Below, piece by piece: positions 36,031-50,291 of a stretch of DNA of 64,000 bases. Position 1 is the first letter of the stretch, and the number at the start of each line of letters is the position of its first letter. The stretch lies in NCBI GenBank assembly GCA_038496445.1, contig JALMLS010000074.1:62001-126000 (forward strand), in the 5' to 3' direction. The notes under the pieces are model-generated. The model ran no database searches and was not told the DNA's origin. It saw only the letters and a program-made list of their open reading frames with translations. The DNA is from Trichosphaerium sp. ATCC 40318. Lineage: Eukaryota; Protista; Tubulinea. The position numbers were made by a program, and so were the translations under genes.

Positions 36031-36506
36031 ATGCCGCGAAAACGATGCAGTTCCCAAACTCGCTGTCGTGCTTGCTATGAACGTCTTTCCGATAAGAAAA
36101 ATGCTAGGAATGTGTTGTTTCCTTACGCAAAGCGCAGGTACCGTGCAGTCGTATCCGCGTATCACAAACTATGGCAATTGGAAGTAGTTTGTTTACTAAA
36201 AATATCTGAACTTTATTATTTTGTACACGTTTCGAGTAAGTCGTAGGTGAGTGGTTGTACCGTACTATGTTCGCACAGTATCCAACGTGGTATGATACCT
36301 ATTCAAAATGAAGTTAGTCTACTAATATGCACAATGCAACTACTAGAACGCGGCTACAATCATCGTAGATCAAAACTAATGTATTTCAAGCGACGACTGG
36401 TTCAAGATGGCTGACGAGATAAAACAACATGTAAAAAGATACATGAGCGTAAATATCTTTGACAGTAGTTACTATTTGTAAGCAGATGGCAAACAACTAC
36501 CAATAA
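36031..36506 (+). CDS. Possible small hypothetical protein (MPRKRCSSQTRCRACYERL...)
   Basis: aaaATG context, CxxC, donor cag|gtacc, later exon-like DDWFKMADEIKQHVKRYMS; middle exons not resolved. Confidence 0.3.
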
Positions 36507-36873
36507 ACAGCTAATCGTTTAGTAATTGGAAGAATTTACCACCACTTTGTAAGCTAGCCAAATGCCATGTTGGTGCATTGTAGGTAATATCGTGTGCTAC
36601 CACTTTATTTGGTGGTGTTGCAACCCTTTTGATAAAACGTTATACGACATACTAGCATAGCACTGATTACAACTATTAAATAAGAAAAAAGTAGGATTTA
36701 GTGCGTTGTGAACAGGTACTAACGTTTGTTTACAAGTCTTCAATGCTGCAAGTTCTGTTTAACTTTGTATATTCCTTTGTTCCATTAAAAAATAAACAGG
36801 TAGCAATCAATTGCCTACTTAAGGACTAGTTTATTGTTCCACGTTTATTTGCCTCTACTCCTCTCCTTTCACC

Positions 36874-37969
36874 ATGCTGATTACAGAAACAATCGTAGAC
36901 ATTGATACTAAGACGGGTAAAATGCGTCTCCACGTCTTCAGGCCCCTTGTTGATGGAGCTGTCAAATTTGGCGCTGTTATAGTGTATTCAGAGATATACC
37001 AAGTCACTGGTGCGTAAAAAACGGAAATGTACTAAACAAAAACTCCATAAAGCAGTAAAATACGGCACGAACATATATTGTCTATTTGCAATGCATACGA
37101 TACCATTTTAAGCTACTTCTTGATTTTTAGCGTGTCAAACTCTTTATTTTAGGCCCAGTAGAGCGTCTTGCGCGTAAGTACGCCGCTCAAGGCCTTATAG
37201 TGGTAGCTCCAGAAGTTTATCACGAAATGGAACCGTTGGGCACTGTACTACCATATGACGGTCCAGGAACAGATAGAGGTGCGCGAAGAATGCCTGTCTA
37301 AACAATTAACTAACTTGTGTACAAGGCAATGCGAATAAACTGAAAAAAACAATAGCTGATTTCGATTCTGACGCGAAATCACTTGTTGACTACCTTATAA
37401 AACGTGATGACTGTAATGGTAGAATAGGTACATTTGGTTTATGCCTTGGCGGCCATCTAGCACTTCGTGCAGCTATTTCAGAATCACCACGTGTTCTTGC
37501 TTCAGCTTGTTTCTTTCCAACAGATATTCATACACCAAAGTCCTTGGGTAAGGATGGTAACGATACCCTTGCTAGAATAGGTGATGCTAAGCCACCTTGT
37601 GAGCTTCTTATGGTATTTGGTAAACAAGATAACCATACACCACAAAAGGAAGCAATAAACGTGCGTTGTAAATGCAATATCTTTCAACAAAAAGTTTTTC
37701 GAAATGTCACAAGTTCCCTTTGTTAAATGGAAGTTTAGGTTATTAGAACTGCAATGCTCGATGCCGATCTTGATTTTAGCTGGTTAGAGTTGAATGTCAG
37801 ACATGCTTTCTTGCGTGACGAGCTATCAAAAGGACGCTATGACGCTCCTTTGGCTCAACATACGCTTGCTCTTTCAGTTGAGCTATTTCAACGCCGTTTA
37901 ATTCTTGGTGTACCATCACAATCGAAACTGACTCCACAAAAGACAGCACAAGGTCCTCAAAACTGCTAA
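36874..37969 (+). CDS. Dienelactone hydrolase / carboxymethylenebutenolidase family; 4 exons
   Basis: YSEIYQVTGPVERLAR, APEVYHE, nucleophile elbow GTFGLCLGGHLA, GKQDNHTP, HAFLRDELSKGRYD. Confidence 0.93.
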
Positions 37970-38226
37970 ATGGTCTATAATTGTCATGTAATTAGAAAAA
38001 CTTTTGAACATAAAATTTTTTTTTGACTTTTTTGCGAATTTAGGCCCGAACCAAGTTTGGCCTCCAAAAAGCGTCACTTCCGAAATCGTCTGTCAGGACT
38101 GTTTTATATCTTGTTGTAGTATGTAACGTGACCGGTTTTGGTTGTACTAAGTGACATAAAAGTCGCCTAAGGCTTAAACGAATTGTTTGTTGCCTTTTTT
38201 GCCTATTCGGCTGGTGGCAACCAAAG

Positions 38227-41200
38227 ATGTGTGAATCCGCGCCTAGCGGTAAAAACCAACACAATGAGATGGTTTTTGATGAGTATGTCTATTACTACCA
38301 CTGGGATAAGTTAGAGGGGTTACAATGTGAAGCTATGCTTACTAATACGTGTAAATCGAAGTTTGAATCAGGTTTGATTGCGTTTTACAGTTTTCTTTAT
38401 TTAAAAATACTGTAGAGGAACCGCACTACTTTCTAGTACAACAAAACATGGTGGTACAACATATGACAGCTAATTTACTAAAAGTTTAACCCTGCCTGTC
38501 ATGTAGGTTTGTGTACAATGTGCTAAGTCTATTCGCTCTTGTATTTCATGGGATACACCATTGATGTATTTAGAGAACCTGAAGTTGAACAGGTACAGTT
38601 TTTTTTTGACGCGGACGGGAAAACTCTTATCGTCCTTTCTAGGGAGTGTCATTGTTGTATAGCTACCCAATTCGCTGAAGTTACACTCAAAAATCACCGT
38701 TTACATAAGAAAAGGACGGGGAAAGCAAGAAGGAAAATGTGTTAGTGGTTTTGTTAAAAGTTGTACTTTTTGTTCTGACCTTTTTAGACTTGAAAGATTA
38801 TTGCGGTATAACCACTTTGAAACACAACTCAGCATGCTCTATTACACGTGTACGACAATAGATATGAAATATGACGTTTTCTAATACAATATTATAAGAC
38901 ACCGATATGTGGTAATCGCTACACAGGCACGTGATTACAACTCGAAAAATTTACAGAAAAAAAAAAGAAAACACTACGATTTAACACTCTATTCATCTAG
39001 CCTTTAATCTTGATCTACCACTGGCTTCAGCAACTTCGTTTGTATCGAGACTTGAAAAAATTCCTTTAGACCTTAGTGATGCGAGTTGGAGTCTAAGAGA
39101 TAAAATCGATACCAAAATCTTCTCAAAACTTGATGTGAGAGGGAAAAGAAAGAAAGTTAACTTAGTTTGGATAGTAGTACGCATTGACAGACACCTTAAA
39201 CCAAAACATTTGCGACCTTTGTTTAAAGCTCATAATTGTCTTAGGTCCCTTCATTATTCGCATTAGAACGACCGCTTAAAGCCATGAGAATACTACAGGC
39301 ATCGCTAAGTGCCATGTTTTTAATGTACTAATGGCTCTCTGTGTAGGGTGTTGAAAGTAAGCCAGACGCCGGCACTATAAACAAGAACCTTCTTGAAAAC
39401 TTAGAGAAACTTCGCAGTACCAAACGCGCTGTTGAGGATTTAATACCACGAAACCTTGATGGATACAAAGGTCCCACAACACAAAGTACCAATCCAATAC
39501 CACGTGAATCGTCAAGCAACTACCTACCACAGACGGGATACACACAGCCTCAAACGTATAGCTACCAAATGCCACAGAACCCATCTGGGTACTCATCGTC
39601 TACTGCGAGTACTCCTGGAGTAGTGCAAGCATTAACAGCTCCACGGAGGTATAAGCGGTCGAATGCAAGAAAAGGGCCTGTTCCGCCCTCGCCAAGTGGC
39701 GAGTACTCTCTTGGAGAGTACTACTCCACGGGGAGCGATAGCTCAACTAAATCGATGTGGTTGACTTATACTTATTCTACAGAATCCAACAAAAAGGAAA
39801 AGAGTAGTAGAATTATTGGATCTACGGCGTATAGAAAGAGTACTAAAGCTAGGTATTCTGTGAGCACTCTGTCAAATAAAAACAGACTTGACACAGCATT
39901 GGGCATAGATAGCACTAATTCTAGTGTCTCTGGATACAGTGGATCAGATGTATCTACAGACTTGGCCGTAGAGTATACTACTGATGCGTCAGCACCAGAA
40001 TATACACAAGACAGCGGTGATGAGTCTGCTGATACAGTAGAATATACACAAGATGGCGACAGTGATAGTGATGATAGTGATGCATCAGGGAATGAGGCTG
40101 TTGATTATTCTATTGCACAGTCGAGTTTATTATATGGTGGAGATTCTGGTATCTTTTTTTAGTTTACATCTTTATTGTCTCACTGATATTTAGTAAAAGA
40201 CTCACAGTATATTTATACAACACAAGATGACGACTCTTGTAGCGGTGGCAGTGGAGATGATAGTTTGCTTTATGGTTCAGTTATGAACTCGAACACTTAT
40301 ACTCAATCAGTGGTACAAGACGTTTGACATGCCTACACGTGCTCATAACGGTATTTAGGTACCCCAATCTAATCCCTCAAAGAATGAGAGCAACAAAGGC
40401 GAAAATGATAGTTCTTCCTTGCCCAGAGGTACAATATTGTTGTTTATTTATTTTAAAGTTAACATGCTTGTTAAAGATTGGAACTCTGAGTTTCAAGAAT
40501 TGTTCTCAGCTGAAAAAACTGGCAGTGTTGATGAAAGATTAAGTCAACTATATAAACTCCACACTCTCAGCCAAGAATTTATTACATTAGCAAGCCTTGC
40601 TGGACGGTAATTATTTGAAGTTATTTGTAGGATTTTTTTTGTTCTTATTGTTCATGCTCTAGTATTATCATTGATGAACGTGACTTGAAAGGAAAAAGTA
40701 AGACAATCCCTCCTGTTAATGTCGGTGGTGTTGCTGGTGGCGAGAAAGTACGTATTGATTGAATTGTAATTGACTAAGTTCTTCTCGCCTATTAGTATAT
40801 TTATGGTGGCATATTCTTTAAGTTTGCTATTGATCCATATGGTATTTATGGTGGAGATGAGTTTGCTTCTAAAACAGCAGGTAACAAGAAGATAGAACTT
40901 TTTTTTTGAAAAGATGTTGTTCAATCGATGTTAAATGTTCATTACTAGGTCATGAGTTGAATGGATTGAAAGCATATTACCTTACGAAAATAAAAGGAAT
41001 GCATGTACCTTTTATGATGGTAATGGATTACAAAGGATATCGTCTTATTGGTAGGACAAACACTGTTTTTAGCACATGTCTAAAATGTTTATTTAAGCAA
41101 CGACATGCCTTCCCATAAAAGGTAGCAGCAGTCTAATATACGGAAGTTCTAATGGCGGTAAAACCGTTCACAAAGATGATCCTAAACTGAATGCTATGAT

Positions 41201-44200
41201 GGAAGAAGCAGCAAAGAAATTACACATCAAAGAACATCGAGTACGTGTTGTTCAATATCAAGAAAGCTGTAACCTTTTTCGCTAGGTTGGAACTACACAA
41301 ACCAAATCTATTCATGGTCCAGTGGACATTGAAGGTCATAAAGGTTCAGATGGAAGGTAGTGAATTATTTGATGAGTTGTTTTCAATAAATTATAGGTAT
41401 TACGTTCTAGACACAGCACGTGTATTCCCGCCTGTACGTTGTTAACAAAGTTTTCTTTACTTTTTTTTTTTTTGACTTTTAACTAAGGAACCGTTGCTTC
41501 AAACCTTTATTGGTGTGATAATTCCGGCAGATCATAGACAAAGTACATTTGCTGCGCCTAAAAACAATAAAAACCAAGTAAGATATGATGTCTTCATTAA
41601 TCTGATGCGTAAGTTGTTTCTCTGTCTTCATTGTATTGATGTTTTACCTCTGTAGCGATTAAAGAGATACAACTTCCAGCAAAGTCTTTTTACCAACAGG
41701 TAAAGAAGATGCTGGATGTTTATGCAACGGAGTTTTACGCTGATACATGTGACATAAGCAAAGAAGCATTTCCAGAAGGTTTGATTTTTTCCTTTATTTT
41801 GTAAAATTGCTGAAGTATTTATTCATTCAAGGTGATTTGTACCATGTACAACCTGTTTTTGCTAGTGATATGGATAGATTAAAAACGAATAAACTTATCA
41901 ATTCACGTGCTTCTACAATTGCTGGGAAAATAATAATCGGTGATTGTGTGCTTGTACTCAAAGGTAAGTGAAACATGTTTTTTTTGTGCTAATTTTGTTT
42001 GGTTCAAAGGGCGAAAGGCTAGCCATTTATACAAGTTACTGCGCTTTTCATTCTTTCAAGTGTTGAAACAGAAATTTCCAGATAGACCTTTATCATCTGA
42101 TGCTTTTACACGGTTTGGTGTTCTTGATAAACAAGAACACAATAAGGAAGTAAGAGAATCTTTCTTATATCTTCTTGGAGAACACTGGCAATCATGCTTG
42201 AAAGAAATGGAGGTATTTGATAGCTTCATATACTGTCTAACTTATGATTCATTATAGTCGCCTTCTTTCAGACCTACACAACGTGAGCTGATATCTTATT
42301 TGCATGGCAAAGGATTTAACATGAGATACTTGGGTTTGTTTCTTCAGTTTCTCTGCTATCACAACTAAGCTATTTATTAAAGGATACATCCGTCCTCAGG
42401 TTTCTACACTACCTGGTGGAGATGCTTTACAATCAATGCTGCTGTTAGAAATGATCGCACGTGTTACGAAAGGATATTTGAGGTACAAAACCTGCACTAG
42501 TATGAAGTTAACTAGATCAATTATTTAGGAAACGCCTGCAAGCTGTTCGTGTTGTTGAAGCTCCAAGAATAATAGTGAATCACTTTAACTTGATATTTGG
42601 TGATTCTGATGCTTCAGATCACTTCTGGACAACGTTTGTCAAGATCCAGCTAGGTACACTATGAACAACACTGTCTTTATATTAACAGCTTGTTTAAAGT
42701 CGCCAAGTTTGCTGTGTACGGAGGATTGGCATTAACACAAAAGGAATTATTGCATTCTCATGACTTGAGAACAAGGTTACCTTTACTACACTCTTTCTAT
42801 CACGTGCTTATAACGATTAGTGTAAACATGATTAGTCTTTTCCAATTGATGCAAGAAAAAGTCGGGATAAAGTTTAAACCACACGTGCAGGTACTAACAA
42901 TATTAAAACGAGTATCTTGCGATACCACTTTTTTGTTTAATCGATGGGAACGTATTCTGAGGTTTTTTAGGACAGCATCATTGAAAATCGTGATTTTCTA
43001 AAAACAATGTTTCCATTTGCAGAATCTGATGTAGAAGAACTAATTGTTCTTGAAAAGAATATTCTGTATCCAGAACTAACAAAAAACATAATCGATTTAA
43101 TCCATGAAAAGACAAGCAGTACAGAAGGTATAGTTTAAACTTAAAACGTTGACAAAAGCTATTAGTTTTTTTCTTACTTTTTTCTTGTAAAGGTGTTATT
43201 GACTATGAACAACGTAATGAACTTTATGTAAAATTCTTTGGTAGCAAAAGTAAACAAGTAGCTATAAACTACATGAATAATGCATGGGATCTATGTAAGA
43301 CCAAGTCTTACTCAGCTATGGCTTTAGTTATAGATAAATCGTTAAACATTTTTAACGATAATTGGTCTTCGACGCCACTTGAGCTTACTGTTAAAGCTCG
43401 CTACATGCAAGGCGTAGCGGCCTTGGATATGAAACAATATGAACTATCAGAGAGGTTACTTCGTGCGTCATACTGGGCTTTGACTGTTCTTTCTGGATCA
43501 AGGTAAGAAAGCGTTAAAATCCATCTCTCTTACCAACTGTAGTGACCAGCCACAAAATCATGTTGGAAGTCTTGAAGTAGATACACCATTTGCGATATAT
43601 ATATTGGCTAAGCTAGCAACGGCGTTGCATCACCAAGGAAAGTTGAGCCAAGCGACAGTATTTGCAAGCAAGTTTGTACATCTTTGGAGGTAACTCCTTT
43701 TTACCAAATTATTGTTGGCTTTCTTGTGACTTTACCTTTTTTTCTAGATTCTATGGTGTGTATAAGGTAGATAAGAACACAAAACATACCGATTACTTTG
43801 GAAAAGTAGTATTCGGATTGGCTGCAACTAGCATGATGTGGCAGTTTGTACGCAGATTTGATTTTCTTTCAGTTTTTTTCTTAGTAGCTAGTTTAACTTA
43901 TTGCCAAAAAAACCCTCACATCGCTTTAGTTATCAACGAAGAATGGAAGTGATACAAAAAATATTGGTGTTGCATTGTTCGAAAAAGATTTTGTGACTGT
44001 TGAGCCATGGCAAAGAAAAAGTGAATACTATAAACTTTTTAACATTACAAAATGGTTTTCTGAAGCTAATTCGTCAGATACACCCATTGAAACACTTGAA
44101 ACATCAAGTACGTTTATGATGATAGATTATCTCGTATCACACCTAAATTGCTCGTGATAGTATCCTTGAGCTCATTGAAGGAGTACAGTGGTAGACTGTT

Positions 44201-47200
44201 GTCACCAAAGGTATGAAAGTCTTTTTGTTGTTTTTATTAAACAAACCAAGCTCATGGATCTCTATGTCCGGAGATGTATACACAGGCATCACTTCTACAT
44301 TAGCAGTACGTTTCTTCCATTTATTACTATGGTCAACCTAATGATCGCTCGTAGCTGTAAGTTACTTGTTACCTACAAGTAGGCGTAGAGCGTTGAGGTG
44401 TGGTAGCTGTGCTCTTTCAATTAATGAACGGCCTGCTATTCGATATCCTTTATACACGATTAAAAAAAAAGGAGAGGAACCTAAAATGCCATGCAATGAT
44501 CAGTGTACAGTTAAAATAACTTATCAATGGAACTTTAACCCGTGCGTTTTTACAAGTGTGCTAGTAAGACTTATTTTGACTTTAAAAGAAACTTGTTTGG
44601 TGGACTTTTACAGGAATATTCAGATGCAAAGCTTCCTTTTGAGGTCGAAGCATTTAACTGGAAACCAGTAAATGAGTGTACTCAGGGTAATAAAACTTTT
44701 AACAAGTTGTCAGTATTCAAGCAGGAGAAAAAATACATTGTGTCTAGTACAGGTACCTTTTTTTCTTTTCTGTCAAAAAAGAACACGTGGCCTTCTTGTT
44801 GCTTAGTGTACTGTTAAGGCGAGGACTCTATTTCGTTTACATGTAATACCACGGAACACGTACTTATCTATGATGAAGTAGATGACCTACTTATGCTTTT
44901 TTTAGAGAGGATTTTATGGTATTTTTTTCAACTCCAGTGGGAAAAATCGTTTGGCAAAAAAAAGTTTTGAAGGTACACGTGGCAACGCATAAACTCAATA
45001 AAGTTTTGCTTCTTCATTCTAACCTTCTGTTGTAAATAATAGGAGCATTCATCAGTGTCATTGAACCAGGTACTATCAGAAAAATATAGAACGTTATGGC
45101 TGACCTTGCGCTTTTTCTGTAGAGCACCTGCTAATTGCAAAGAGTGTAAACTCTTCGTTTATATGTCCACAATTTGCCCGGAAAAACCCATATTTTGATG
45201 ACAGTAAAGTACTGTACGTAAACCATCAGTTCCATTAGAGCTTTTCACGAACAACTTCTTGTGTTTAGTGTATGGAAGTACTTCGGAACTGTAGACAGTA
45301 GCTACCTTGATGCACCAGGTTCAAACGATTCACATAAGTATGAAGAAAGTGTCAATTCTAGATTTGTCGTATTTACCCAAGATGGAGATTTGTGGCAATC
45401 TACTAGCAAAACACCAGTTGGTATGATGTTTGTTTTTTTTTCACATCCTTGTACTAATGATACTTGTAAAGACATACCAAAAATTGACAATTTCTACGGA
45501 GATGGTTGCACATATGATAAAGAGCACGTGCTTCAAACTTGTTGTTGGAAACTTACAATATTTTGAATTAGATTAGTTCAACCTTCTTTTATCCGTCTCA
45601 ATATCCCACCCAAAGTAAATGTATCAGAGATACATTTATCAGAGTCTCATTGTGCAATTTTGGATAGTACACAAGGTAATCTTTACACTTGGGGTAAAAA
45701 CTCCGTTGGACAGCTTGGTCAAGGAGACAAGGTAGAAAATTAAACAAATATGATTTTTACTTTCATCTCTAAGTCTTTTTACTCTAGACTGATCGTAAAA
45801 ACCCAAGACTTGTTGAATTTATAACAACCAAAATCAAGTATGTTTCCGTGACGTACAAGCGCACTTTTGTAATCTCTGTTGATGTACGTAATTAACAACG
45901 AGTTTTTTCGTATTTTTTTTTTTGAATTCGCAAAACAATAATGAAATATACTACCACGTGATGATTTCACGTGACCAACAATTGCGATTTTGTAACTCTA
46001 CTAAAAACAATGTCTGTTTAGAATGTATGTTATCAATGGGGATGGGACTTTAGTGAAGTTCCTATGGAGCTTCCAAATGATTACTTTGATTCACCTGAAC
46101 AACCACAGATAGTAGCATTCAGTGCTAGCACTTGTACATACTTTATTATCAGTTTACACAATATTTATCATTTGTTTAGCATTCCCAGAGTATGAATCAA
46201 AATCTTATTACTACAAAGAGCAAGCTTATAAAGCTACAGTATGCTATTACATCAGTAACGTAAGCAAATTGAATTTTCTTTGAAATTAGCTGCGTGCTAA
46301 TAAGTTACTTATAGGAAGGCTCAGTTTTTGGCAGTTATCATATAGGTATAAGTCTTTCGGTGTTTTTGCAGTACCTTGACACGTGATTTAGATGATGAGC
46401 TACTCAAACTCGAAAAAAAGAAAGCTGCAAAAGCCCCGTACGGCAAAGTCCTCACTCATAGTTACATTGACGAAACACGGCCCTAATAAGTTCTAGCCAA
46501 GATAACAATCTTTCAATGATGAATCTACACACGATTAAACGTGCTTATAAAATCACCAAAGCACCCCATGGAACTATATCCATTGCTGTTGGCAATGATT
46601 TCTCAATTTTTTTAACAAACGAAGGTGTACTTTATGGTACAGGGAAAAATCAAATTGGTCAGCTTGGAAGTCTTGTTAACATGTATGTGTTTGTATTGAG
46701 CTACTGTCAGTATTAACATACTTAAAAGAGACACTGAATCTTCTTTTGGGCACAAATGTTTACCAACACGGTTTGTTGAGATCGAAGGTAAGCTCATACA
46801 CAGGTACCTGTGGACTACCATTAATTACATGTTTCTAGTTAGTAACGAGCCTATTGTAAAGATTGCTGCCTCTAAAACAGTTGCATATGCCCTAAATGAG
46901 GCAGGCGAGCTTTTCTATTGGGGAGGGTACGCAAAACAGTTACATAGTTAGTTAATGTCAGTTTTTTATTGATTTTAGTTCAATCTTCACTCCAACTCTT
47001 TTCATGCCTCATGATCTTGGTCCTATATCAGAATTTGGTATTGGCGATTGTATGGTTATGAGTAAGAGAGGAGGAGTACCAAAAAATTTACTCAGTACGT
47101 ACAATCAACTCTTCCAAAATTTTGAAAAAAAAAAAGTTAGCATTTGAAACCATTTGCTATCTCTGTGATTTCACTCAATCTTGATCCTCTTTAATACTTT

Positions 47201-49287
47201 GTAAGGTATCACAAGGGGATTTAGAATTCCAAAAAAGGAAGAAGAAATAAAAGCCACTGAATTTACAGTCACCAGCGAAGAAAATGAAGGTAAAGCCTTA
47301 TGCACAGTTTTCGCAGAAAGTCAATCTTATCATCTTCCTTAGATGGTACTGTCAAAATTTCTTGGAGTTCTCCTGATGAGTGGACATATGTCGAACCTAC
47401 TAAAGAAATTATCATTGTACATCCAGAGGACCATGATATTAACCTAGAATTAATTGAAGACTACAAACATGCGTACTTTCAATGTAATATTCTTTCGTTT
47501 TTTGAAGGATAATGTGTTCTAACTTTGTGGTTTGTAGTTTGTGCGAAACTTGTACATGGTACTCTTGAAGGGAGTTTTGTAATAGATCCACAAGGAAAAA
47601 GTAATGAAGAGATGTTTAAACTCTCCTCAGTATGATCACTACTTTGGTTCTTTTTTTTTTCTTTTTTTTTAGCTGCTAAATTTGTTGTAGGGCCTTGTTC
47701 GAGGTGAAATGTATTATCCCTTCCTTTCAGTACATTGTTCTAGAAAATGGAAAGCGTCGTTACTTCTCAAAGGAGCAGATAAGAAGTGGACTATTTTAGC
47801 TACCTCAGAAGCATTCCAAACAAGATTCACTAAAACAGGTTACTTTAGAAACTTCAACATTGTTTGTTGCCTAATATTTGTTTTATTTAGAACTGTTGAC
47901 TTTGGATATTGCTTCAAATCAGTTAGAACCAATGAAGAAAGTAAAAATTAGTTACAAGACAAGTTTAAAACGTCAAATGTGGCAAGTTATTCTTAGGTAA
48001 GTTGTCACGTTTCTTAAATTATCAAAATAAGCTTATATTTCTTAAGGAGTGCGGGTCCACAAATTAATGAAGGGTTTTTGTTAATGAACAGAAACCGAGG
48101 CTCTAGTATGGTAACACCATTTTCCGAAGGTAAGTCCAGTAAAAGAGCTAAATATTATCTAACCGAAATTCAGGTGAATATATACTTTATGCTGCAAGCA
48201 TGGATCCATATATTCTTGACATGAAGAATCGCTACAGTCTAATGGTCAAATACGAACAAAAAATTGTGTGTAGAATGCCAAGATTGTGTACGTCACCCTT
48301 TGCATTCAGAAAACTCGCTTTTTTCTTTCTTCAGTTTATTATCTCCCTATTGGTGAAACTTTAATGTGGCTCCCTCTTTCTCTGAAAGGAATATGGTCGG
48401 TAACAAAATGTATTAGATGGCCATGATGTCACTTCACTTGTATTCTCTTTTGGTGAAAAACCAGTATCTCCGAAGAGTATAGCAACAGTATCATGGGTAA
48501 TAGACCCTCAAGCTATACTACGTACAGCAATAGATCAATTCAGATTTGTTGAAAAAGGGAAAACAAAAGATTTATTTTCATGGATGATAAACGAGAGAAA
48601 GGTATGCTGTTTTATGCTGCTTCTTTTGAAAGCGTTTCTTTCCCACCTATAATAAAAAAACCATGCCAGACATAGTAAAAAAAGTAATGCTAGTATACTG
48701 GCGCATGAACAAAACTCAAAACTCTCGTGAACATGCACACTCTTACATTTACCAATAGGGAATAAAAACTCTGATAATACCAGAGATAGAGGGTGTTTAT
48801 GAGTTGCAAGTCGTATCTGCCGCGTACAGTGGTGTAGAAGATATATTACGTGTATGGACCATAGATGTTAAAGAAGATCTAGACGCTAAAGAAACATTAA
48901 TGGTAAAAATTTCAATCAGAAAAAAAAAAACTAACAACTTTGTACAAAGTGTAATCAGGATGCTATCGTCAATGTCCCTTATGAACTTGATATTGATATG
49001 TCAATATTTCCTAAAGATTGGAGAGAATTTCTTACAAGTTGTTCAATAGAAGAGTCAACAATAGAAAAAGTTGTATCAACTTTTAATAGAAACTTAAAAG
49101 TATCAGATTGGCAAATACTTGATCGTGACCTGATTGCTTTTTTGGGTATTACAGCTTTTCCAGATCAACTAAAAATACTGCGCAAGGTACCTTTAAACTA
49201 AACCTTTAAGATATTAATTGTGCAATGAAGGTCAAAGACTTAGAGATGAAGCTTATTATCAGTTGCACTATTGCCAAAAAACAGTAG
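38227..49287 (+). CDS. Very large multi-exon protein: Cys-containing N-terminus, Ser/Tyr/Asp-rich linker, CLU domain, helical repeats, RCC1 repeats, C-terminal SAM-like domain
   Basis: CLU motifs DWNSEFQ, GGVAGGEKY, KTAGHELNGL, MDYKGYRLI, LIYGSSNGGKTVH, HGPVDIEGHKGSDGRYYVLDTARVFPP, LHGKGFNMRYLG; RCC1 motifs LYTWGKNSVGQLGQGD and GNDFSIFLTNEGVLYGTGKNQIGQLG; SAM-like DWREFLTSCSI...LDRDLIAFLGITAFPDQLKILRKV. Single-gene status and the stop are inferred. Confidence 0.75.
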
Positions 49288-49699
49288 CTAATGGAATACT
49301 TAGAACAGGATTGCTTCCTTCTATGTTCTGTTAATGGTATCCATTCTATTATCCTACCAATGATAAGGGATTGGAGAACCTATCTCTTGGCTTGACCGCT
49401 GGCAGTCACGAAAACCGGAGACGTTGTTAAATTTAAGTACAATAAAATTATCTACTGATATCCTTCTGCCAAATTGAATTTCAGTTGAGGTTTCATCATG
49501 AGTACGAGTTCAAACTATTGAAGCTTTCGGCTTACGGCATATTCAAGGAGCTGTGCGAAAAATAACAACTTAAGGAATAGAACGAAGAATGGCCTATACT
49601 CCAATTGGGAAAAGATGGAGAGCTCAAGCCAATCCGTTGAAACTATAATTATTTGCGGGCTACTAGTTATGTTTAGTCTACAAGACAACTGCAAAGGTT

Positions 49700-50291
49700 G
49701 CAAATAGTCAAATTTTCTGTTTCTCAATCCGCTGGTTGATCTGATTTCACAACTGGTTCTCCATCCCCGTTTGCCACTTATGTTCACTAATTTATTCACC
49801 ATTAACACACTACCTGTTCTTTAAGTTGACCATGAGCATACAACTCCTCATGCTCTTTCTTATCATCAACCCATGTGGTTCTTGCCTTAAGCTTACCATT
49901 TTCATACCAATGTGACTGTTCGGTAGATTCACCATTCTCCCATACGCAATAATCCATCAGCTGTCCACTTTTATACCACTGCCTACCTTCGCCAACAAGT
50001 TCATCATCAACCCACATGTATTGCTCCTTCAGCTGTCCACTCTCATACCACTCTTTGCTTTCACCATGATACTTAAGATCAATTTCTGTAAATTGTTCTT
50101 TAAGGTTTCCATTCTCATACCAGATTATGTAGTCCATTTCCGTATTTATGAGTACGTACTTTTCCACTTTTGTACCATTGTATCCATTTTCCTTTTGGAC
50201 GTAAGAAAGTACAAATGTAAGTTTGAAGTTCACTTGGAATATCCAGTAAAGTCAAAGAACAAAGATTGCTCCGTTTTTGCTTTTTATTCAT
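49700..50291 (-). pseudogene. F-box-like motif plus MORN-variant repeat gene, frameshifted
   Basis: ATG 50291: ...LLDIPSELQTYICTFLRPKGKWIQWYKSGKVR; frameshift near 50125 into WYENGNLK/WYESGQLK/WYKSGQL/WYENGKLK repeats; second shift and stops near 49800. Confidence 0.7.

Noticed and set aside
45955-46021. Intronic C/D snoRNA suggested by GTGATGA
   Set aside because: No downstream CTGA D box within the intron; the match arises from a CACGTG followed by ATGA
49515-49650. Stop-codon reassignment (TAA/TAG=Gln) suggested by ...ELCEK*QLKE*NEEW on the + strand
   Set aside because: Neighbouring conserved genes terminate at TAA, TAG and TGA normally; more likely decayed or random sequence
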